NCBI GenBank assembly: GCA_050506795.1
Contig: JBJHCF010000003.1
Span: forward strand, 143,477-207,476
Direction: 5' to 3'
Source: Opitutia bacterium
Lineage (GTDB): Bacteria > Verrucomicrobiota > Verrucomicrobiia > Opitutales > T3Sed10-336
Length of the DNA stretch: 64,000 nucleotides
The position numbers and the translations under genes were made by a program. The notes under the pieces were generated by a model. The model was not told where the DNA came from. It made no database searches and was given only the letters and a program-made list of their open reading frames with translations. The first letter of the stretch is position 1, and each line of letters starts with the position of its first letter. Of this stretch, positions 57,591 to 64,000 are shown in pieces.

Positions 57591-58911
57591 AACGATAAAG
57601 ATCGGTGTCTGCGGTCTCGGAGTGGTCGGGCAGGGGGTGTGGAAGCACTTCCAACGCAATCGGAAACTCCTCGAGGCCCGGTTGGGCGTGCGCCTGGAGC
57701 TGGCCCGAGCCGCCGTGCGGGACCTGACCAAGAGCCGCTCGGTGAAGATTCCCTCCGACCGCCTGACGAACGATGTCATGAGCCTGGCCCGGGATCCCGA
57801 CCTTGATATCGTGTGTGAACTGATGGGCGGCACCGGTCTGGCTCGGGAGTTCACGTTGGAGGCGTTGGAGCGTGGCAAGGTGGTAGTCAGCGCCAACAAA
57901 GCCCTGGTCTGCGATCACGGTCGCGAGGTCTTTGAAACCGCCCGCCGGGGCGGCGGCCATTTCTTCTTCGAGGCGAGTGTGGCCGGGGGAATACCCATTA
58001 TAAAGGCCTTGCGTGAAGGATTGGTCGCCAACCGTTTCCGTCTGATTTACGGCGTCCTGAACGGAACCTGCAATTACATCCTCACCAGGATGGAGGCGGA
58101 GGAGCTCTCCTTTGAGACTTTGTTGAAACGCGCCCGCAAGCTCGGGTACATGGAAGCCGACGAGTCGCTCGACCTCGACGGGATCGATACCGCCCACAAA
58201 GCGGTGATCCTGGGCTTCCTGGCCCACGGTCGCTGGGTGGGGATGGACGAGATGCTGGTGGAAGGCATCCGTCGCGTCACCCTGGAGGATATCCGGCAGG
58301 CGGCGGCGCTAGGTTACGCCATCAAACTGCTGGCCGTCATCACCCGCGATTTTGAGTCCGACCGGATGTTTATTCGGGTCCACCCAGCTTTGGTGCCCCG
58401 GGGACGCGTCCTGGCCAACCTGGATGGCGCGTTTAACGGAATCTGCCTCTCCGGCGACGTGGTCGGGACCACGTTTTACATTGGAAAAGGTGCCGGACAG
58501 GACGCCACCGCCAGCGCGGTGATCAGTGATATCGCGGACGCGGCGCTGGTGCTCAAGGGGTCACACAAACTTCTCTTGCCCGACGAGGCGCTCAGCATTC
58601 ACGAGGAACAGTCCCGCCCCTGCGGCATCCTGCCTCTGGCTGAAGTGCGGTCGCGGTACTATCTGCGGCTCACGGTCAAGGATCAGCCGGGAGTGTTGGC
58701 CCGGGTCGCTTCGGTGATGGCCTCCCGCGAGGTCAGCATTGCCAGTGTGCTGCAGCGTGAGTTGGCCGCGGCCGCCGGGGGTGCGTCCTTGATTTTGACC
58801 ACTCATGAAAGCAACGAAAGGGATATTCGGGCGGCGTTGGCCGACCTCGGTGCGCTCGACAGCACTTTGGAGGAGCCTTTCTTAATGAGAATCGCCGATT
58901 TCGAGGAATGA
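57577..58911 (+). CDS. hom: Homoserine dehydrogenase
   Basis: GLGVVG, ANKA, EASVAGGIP, NGTCNYIL and an ACT domain. Confidence 0.96.
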   Translation: MAKDKTIKIGVCGLGVVGQGVWKHFQRNRKLLEARLGVRLELARAAVRDLTKSRSVKIPSDRLTNDVMSLARDPDLDIVCELMGGTGLAREFTLEALERGKVVVSANKALVCDHGREVFETARRGGGHFFFEASVAGGIPIIKALREGLVANRFRLIYGVLNGTCNYILTRMEAEELSFETLLKRARKLGYMEADESLDLDGIDTAHKAVILGFLAHGRWVGMDEMLVEGIRRVTLEDIRQAAALGYAIKLLAVITRDFESDRMFIRVHPALVPRGRVLANLDGAFNGICLSGDVVGTTFYIGKGAGQDATASAVISDIADAALVLKGSHKLLLPDEALSIHEEQSRPCGILPLAEVRSRYYLRLTVKDQPGVLARVASVMASREVSIASVLQRELAAAAGGASLILTTHESNERDIRAALADLGALDSTLEEPFLMRIADFEE

Positions 58912-58964
58912 AGCGCCTCAATGACAGGTGAGTGTATTATTTGAAAAACAGGTCTGATTTCGGC

Positions 58965-60215
58965 ATGGCAAGAATTGTACAGAAATACGGAGGAACTTCG
59001 GTGGCCGACGTGGAGCGTATTCGCCGGGTGGCGGCTCGCGTAAAGAAGTCCTACGATAGCGGCAACCAGGTGGTGGTGGTGGTTTCCGCCCGTTCCGGGG
59101 TAACCAACGAACTCATCGGCAAGGCTCGCTACCTCAACCCCGCTCCCAACGACCGCGAAATGGATATGCTCCTGGCGGTCGGCGAGCAGGAGACCATCGC
59201 CCTGACCGCGATGGCGCTCCACGCCACGGGGACGCCGGCGGTTTCCCGAACCGGGGGACAGGCGGGAATTCTGACCGATCCGGCCCACACCAGGGCGCGT
59301 ATTGTCAGTATCAACGCCGGCAATATCGAGCAGGCGCTGGGTGAGGGGAATGTGGTTATCGTCGCAGGTTTCCAGGGGGTCAATGCCGATGGTCAAATTA
59401 CCACTCTGGGTCGCGGCGGATCCGATCTCAGCGCTATCGCGGTGGCCAGCGCGATTAAAGCCGACCTTTGTCAGATTTTCACCGATGTTGAAGGCGTCTA
59501 CACCGCGGACCCGAGAATTGTCCCGGATGCCGTAAAAATCGCGGAAATCAGCTATGATGAAATGCTCGAGTTGGCCAGCCTCGGATCCAAGGTGATGCAG
59601 GCCCGCGCGGTGGAATTCGCCAAGAAATACGGCGTGGTGTTTGAAGTCCGCTCCAGTTTTAACGAAAACCCGGGAACCATTGTGAAAGATGAAGTCGCAT
59701 CCATGGAGGACGTCGTGGTACGCGGCGTCGCCGTAGACAAGAATCAGGTCAAAGTTTCGGTGAGTAACATTCCCGACCAGCCGGGAACCGCCGCTCAGGT
59801 GTTTCACGCCCTGGCCGAGGCCGAGGTGGTGGTTGACATGATCGTGCAGAACGTCGGTCGCGGGGGGAAAGCCAATCTCACGTTTACCGTCCCTCGCGAC
59901 GATGCCGACCGGGCCCGACGGGCGGTCGAGGCGATTCTCCAATCGCTCGGCGGCGGTAGTGTCAATGTGGTCGACGAGGTAGCCAAACTTTCGGTTGTCG
60001 GCGTGGGAATGCGCACCCACTCCGGGGTGGCATCAACGCTATTCACGACGCTGGCGGAGAAAGGTATCAATATTCAGTTGATCAGCACTTCGGAGATCAA
60101 GATTTCGATCGTCATCGACCTCGCGTCCGCCGACGAAGCGGTTCGCTCGGTGCACGCCGCTTTCGGTCTCGGTCAGGAGAAGGGGGCCAATGCCGCGAAC
60201 GCTCCGGCGACCTGA
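58965..60215 (+). CDS. lysC: Aspartate kinase
   Basis: VQKYGGTSV, TTLGRGGSD, TDVEGVYTADP and ACT domains. Confidence 0.96.
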   Translation: MARIVQKYGGTSVADVERIRRVAARVKKSYDSGNQVVVVVSARSGVTNELIGKARYLNPAPNDREMDMLLAVGEQETIALTAMALHATGTPAVSRTGGQAGILTDPAHTRARIVSINAGNIEQALGEGNVVIVAGFQGVNADGQITTLGRGGSDLSAIAVASAIKADLCQIFTDVEGVYTADPRIVPDAVKIAEISYDEMLELASLGSKVMQARAVEFAKKYGVVFEVRSSFNENPGTIVKDEVASMEDVVVRGVAVDKNQVKVSVSNIPDQPGTAAQVFHALAEAEVVVDMIVQNVGRGGKANLTFTVPRDDADRARRAVEAILQSLGGGSVNVVDEVAKLSVVGVGMRTHSGVASTLFTTLAEKGINIQLISTSEIKISIVIDLASADEAVRSVHAAFGLGQEKGANAANAPAT

Positions 60216-60237
60216 TCTTTTTCCGGGATAAAACGCC

Positions 60238-61599
60238 ATGCGTTACATCAGCACCCGCGGAGGCGTCAGGCCTCATTCCTTCACCGAGGCGGTGGCGACC
60301 GGAATGGCGCCGGACGGCGGGTTGTTCCTGCCGGAATCCCTGCCCGATCTCTCGGGTTCGCTTTCCGAGTGGGCCGATTTGAATTATTCCTCGCTTTGTC
60401 ACGCCTTCCTGCGTTTGTTCGCCACCGACCTGGACGACACGCGTTTACGCGAAATCGTGGAGGCGTCCTACGGGGGTTTCGATCATCCGGAGACGGCGCC
60501 GCTGGTGCGGTTGGATGACGATCTGTTCGTCCTGGAGCTTTTTCACGGGCCGACGCTGGCCTTCAAGGATTTCGCCCTCCAATTGTTGGGCAATCTTTAC
60601 GCCGACCAGATCGTGCGAACGGGAGAGGGAATCAACGTGCTGGGAGCGACCTCGGGTGATACCGGGGCGGCGGCCATTCACGGGTTGCTCGGCAAGGAAA
60701 AACTGGCGGTGTTCATCCTTTATCCGGACGGACGCGTCTCGCCGCTGCAGGAGCGGCAGATGGTCTGCACCGGGGCGGAAAACGTCTTTCCCCTGGCCAT
60801 ACAAGGCAGCTTCGACGACGCCCAGGCGGCGCTGAAGGAGGTCTTCGCCGAAGCCGAGTTCAAACGCGAACACCGGGTTTCCGCGGTCAACTCCATCAAC
60901 CTCGCCCGGATCCTGGCGCAGAGCGTCTATTACCTGTACGCCTGGTTTCGATTGCCCGAGGAAAAACGCGATCGCTGCCGTTTTGTCGTTCCCACCGGCA
61001 ACTTCGGCAACGTGCTGGCCGGTTGGCTGCTGCGCCGCATGGGGGTTCCGATTCCCGGTTTTCGGGTGGCCACCAATCGCAATGACATCCTGTACCGCCT
61101 CTTCACCACCGGAGAATACCGGGTTGGGGACGTCGCGCCCAGCCTGGCGCCGTCCATGGACATCCAGGTGGCTTCCAATTTCGAGCGTTTCCTCTACTAC
61201 ATGACCGGCGAGGACGGCGATGAGGTGTCGCGAGTCATGCGCGAGCTAAAGGAAAAGCGACACTACCGTTTCCGCGATCTGGATACCGGCGTCTTTTCCG
61301 CCTCCCGCATGGGTGACGAGGAAATCCCCGAAGTGATCAAGTCCGTGTACGAGAGGTTTGAATACATCGCCGATCCGCATACCGCCTGCGGTTTTGGCGA
61401 AGAGGAACCCGGTGAAACCCGGGTGATTCTTTCAACCGCGCACCCGGCGAAATTCCCGGAGACCATTCACAACGCGCTCGGCATCGAACCCCTTCACGAA
61501 AGCCTGGAAGCCCTGAAAAACCGTCCCGTGGTCAAATACCCGATTCGGGGGACCAAACAGGAAATCATGCGCTTTATAGCCGATCACGCCGCGCCCTGA
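60238..61599 (+). CDS. thrC: Threonine synthase
   Basis: LELFHGPTLAFKD, ATSGDTG, NSIN and VPTGNFGN motifs. Confidence 0.97.
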   Translation: MRYISTRGGVRPHSFTEAVATGMAPDGGLFLPESLPDLSGSLSEWADLNYSSLCHAFLRLFATDLDDTRLREIVEASYGGFDHPETAPLVRLDDDLFVLELFHGPTLAFKDFALQLLGNLYADQIVRTGEGINVLGATSGDTGAAAIHGLLGKEKLAVFILYPDGRVSPLQERQMVCTGAENVFPLAIQGSFDDAQAALKEVFAEAEFKREHRVSAVNSINLARILAQSVYYLYAWFRLPEEKRDRCRFVVPTGNFGNVLAGWLLRRMGVPIPGFRVATNRNDILYRLFTTGEYRVGDVAPSLAPSMDIQVASNFERFLYYMTGEDGDEVSRVMRELKEKRHYRFRDLDTGVFSASRMGDEEIPEVIKSVYERFEYIADPHTACGFGEEEPGETRVILSTAHPAKFPETIHNALGIEPLHESLEALKNRPVVKYPIRGTKQEIMRFIADHAAP

Positions 61600-61755
61600 A
61601 CCCGGGTTTAATAGGGGGCTCCTGGGATCCCCAGGTTCTCGTGAATTCGACTGGCTCAGGCGCAAGCGGAGCATCGGCGATAAAAAAATCGGCGGAATCC
61701 CAAAAACTTCTTGGCAGGTCGTGCCACTGTGCTAACGTCATTGGTTTTACGTTGG

Positions 61756-61838
61756 GGTGGGATACCCAAGTGGCCAAAGGGGGCAGACTGTAAATCTGCT
61801 GCGGTTACGCTTCACAGGTTCGAATCCTGTTCCCACCA
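61756..61838 (+). tRNA. tRNA-Tyr (GTA)
   Basis: Acceptor stem GGTGGGA/TCCCACC, anticodon arm GCAGA-CTGTAAA-TCTGC, long variable arm, GGTTCGAATCC T-loop. CCA is not encoded. Confidence 0.97.
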
Positions 61839-61997
61839 CCCAACGACTTACAAAACTTCTGGAGAGATTCACCGCGGCCGTATTAACAGGACGCCAGTTC
61901 GATCCGGCCAGCCTTGACCGCCTCTGAGCTCGGACCAGCCTGAATGGCATGGTTAGGGCGGTTTGGTTGGCGGTTGCCCCATACACCGGGATATTGC

Positions 61998-63278
61998 ATG
62001 AGTTTGGTTAGAATTTTATTTGGACTTATCCTGTTCGTTTCGCCGAAACCCCTTTCGGCGAATCTGGATTTTTCAGTCGTCATCGATGACCCGGAGGATG
62101 ATTTTCTTGCACTTCATGCCGACGTGGAGGCGGCGGTGTTGGCGGCGGGAGCGCGGTGGGCGGAAGTCTTTGAGGTGTCGCAACCGATTACGCTGGACGT
62201 TCTCGTGCGCCTGGGAGCCGACGTCACCCGCGCCGGGGGCCGGAGCGGGACGTCGGTTTATGCGGGGTACGACGGACAACGGGACCTATGGGAGCAGGGC
62301 GCCGCGGCCAAAATCCGTACCGGCATCGATCCCAATCCGGGCGAGCCGGATGTCGTTTTGTATGTCGAACGCAACTATCTGCTCAATGAACTGTGGTTTG
62401 ATCCGAATCCCTTCGAGCAAACCGCTCCCGTTCCCTCGAACCGGACGGATGCGGTCTCGGTGTTCAAGCATGAATTCGGGCATGCCCTGGCGTTCAATGG
62501 CTGGCTGGACTGGGCGACCGGCGCGCGTCCCGAGAATTTTCACTCAACCTTCGATGCGCTCACCGTGGTTTCGAGGGGCAACTTTCGTTTTCACGGTCCC
62601 CGAACGATTCACCTGTATGGAAGTGTGGTTCCGCTCACCTCGGGCAACATCTACCATTTCGGCAATCCGTCGGGTCAACCGGGGCATGACCTGGTGCCCG
62701 ACCTGATGAACGGAGTTGTCTTTCAGCGTGGCACCCGCTACGACCTGTCGGCACACACCCTGGCCGTCCTCGAGGACTTGTTGGCGCCGGTGGGCCTGAC
62801 CTGGGAACGTTGGTCACAGCTTGCCTTTCGGGAACACCGGGCGGCGTACCCATTAACGAAAGAAGGGGACGGCGACGGCGACGGCGTCCCCAACCTTCTC
62901 GAATTTCTTATGGGAACCGATCCACGCAATCCCCGTTCGCGCGAAACGTTGTCGGTGGTTCTCGACGGATCCGGCGTCAGTGTGACCTTCCCCCTGGTTC
63001 GATCGGTGCGGGGGTATCGCCTCCAACTGCAAACAGCCGCTTACGCGCCGGCGGCTTTTATCGTCCGGGAACTATTCAACCCGGCCTCGGCCGAAACGCC
63101 GCTGCGCTACCAGAGCTTCCCTCTCGATCCCGGGCAGGGCGCAGCCTACGCCCGCTTGGTCCCGGTGGCCGTATCCGATCGCGTACGCGAACGTCTCGCC
63201 GAACCGCAAAGCGAAACCCGGCTAATCACCGGCCCGACCCCGGTGCTGCAGGATTGTTTCATCTGCCGTATGGAATGA
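61998..63278 (+). CDS. Exported zincin-like metalloprotease domain protein
   Basis: Signal peptide, HEFGHAL zinc motif and a DGDGDGVPNLLE..GTDP calcium-binding-like motif. Confidence 0.7.
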   Translation: MSLVRILFGLILFVSPKPLSANLDFSVVIDDPEDDFLALHADVEAAVLAAGARWAEVFEVSQPITLDVLVRLGADVTRAGGRSGTSVYAGYDGQRDLWEQGAAAKIRTGIDPNPGEPDVVLYVERNYLLNELWFDPNPFEQTAPVPSNRTDAVSVFKHEFGHALAFNGWLDWATGARPENFHSTFDALTVVSRGNFRFHGPRTIHLYGSVVPLTSGNIYHFGNPSGQPGHDLVPDLMNGVVFQRGTRYDLSAHTLAVLEDLLAPVGLTWERWSQLAFREHRAAYPLTKEGDGDGDGVPNLLEFLMGTDPRNPRSRETLSVVLDGSGVSVTFPLVRSVRGYRLQLQTAAYAPAAFIVRELFNPASAETPLRYQSFPLDPGQGAAYARLVPVAVSDRVRERLAEPQSETRLITGPTPVLQDCFICRME

Positions 63279-63418
63279 ACGCTTCGGAGCAATGGGGGAA
63301 GACGCCCCGACTCTTTATGAAACAGAACGGCCTGAGGTGCGGAAGAAAGCATAACATGAACAAACAAAATGAGGTGGCAGTTGAGTTTTAATCTAAGGGC
63401 TGACCCCAGGGCTAGCCA

Positions 63419-63612
63419 CCGTAGCGCCGCTCTTCAGACGGCGGCGCCAACCGCCCAACAAACCACCCGTGCCCCAGAACCGGACCCAAGCTTCACCACG
63501 AAGGACACGAAAAGCACGAAGGGTAAGGTAGCTGAACCAAGAACCAAGAACCAAGAACCCAAACCGATCTTCAACCACAGATTGCTCAGATGGGCACAGA
63601 TTGGGACGAGGG
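63419..63612 (+). repeat. Dispersed repeat family A, copy 2
   Basis: Matches 30586-30776 and carries an internal (GAACCAA)n run. Confidence 0.85.
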
Positions 63613-63771
63613 GCGAGGGGCGCGATCAGGACGCGGACATCCCTGCCCGCCAAAGATCCGTAATCTATGATCAAATAATTCCGGGCGGACCGCAGCTCCG
63701 TAGTGTGTCCGCTCGAGGACGCTTCAGGCCGACAGTTCCAAAACCGACACGGCGGTTCGCCCGCTTGAGCA

Positions 63772-64000
63772 GGGCGCTACGAGTTCCGCACTCCCAGTAG
63801 CTCCGTGCTTAAGCCGGAGTCCTCTTGACGGGAACCGGCGCGCCCACGCCGCACGATTCGCCCGCTAAAAGCTGGGCGCTACGAGTTCCGCACTCCCAGT
63901 AGCTCCGTGCTTAAGCCGGAGTCCTCTTGACGGGAACCGGCGCGCCCACGCCGCACGATTCGCCCGCTAAAAGCTGGGCGCTACGAGTTCCGCACTCCCA
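63772..64000. repeat. 102-bp tandem repeat, at least 2.2 copies, running off the window end
   Basis: GGGCGCTACGAGTTCCGCACTCCCA starts at 63772, 63874 and 63976, with identical sequence in between. Confidence 0.93.

Noticed and set aside
61756..64000. Integrative element at tRNA-Tyr
   Set aside because: No integrase gene and no duplicated tRNA 3' end are visible in the window.

Overview
This is a GC-rich bacterial chromosome segment. Gene content (DUF2851, Tat-exported TIM-barrel protein, ThuA-like protein, sulfatase remnant, glycosidases) suggests a PVC-superphylum organism, possibly Verrucomicrobiota; this is an inference. 1-17.3 kb is a defence region: two tandem dynamin-like GTPase genes, a 48-repeat CRISPR array, and a complete minus-strand type I-B cas locus (cas6, cas8, cas7, cas5, cas3, cas4, cas1, cas2) with toxin-antitoxin genes embedded in it. 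The top finding lies between the hicA toxin stop codon and the cas8 start: a solitary degenerate CRISPR repeat followed by a spacer-like sequence. That sequence matches 14 of 15 nt (only mismatch at position 6, flanked by a CCA PAM-like triplet) in a sigma70-like promoter directly upstream of hicA and the cas8-cas3 genes. This looks like a Cascade-repressed HicA toxin / cas autoregulation circuit, and a perfect 15-bp inverted repeat brackets the guide. 17.5-36.5 kb is accessory metabolism (amidohydrolase, GH2, GH36, solute symporter, GbsR-MBOAT cluster) with pseudogene fragments and dispersed repeats. 36.6-62 kb is mostly housekeeping (alaS, leuB, a type IV pilus/T2SS-like cluster, ubiE/menG, a ClpX-like ATPase, HU/IHF, hisS, serA, plsY, hom, lysC, thrC, tRNA-Tyr). 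The window ends in a 102-bp tandem repeat. All calls come from reading motifs by eye; no database searches were run.
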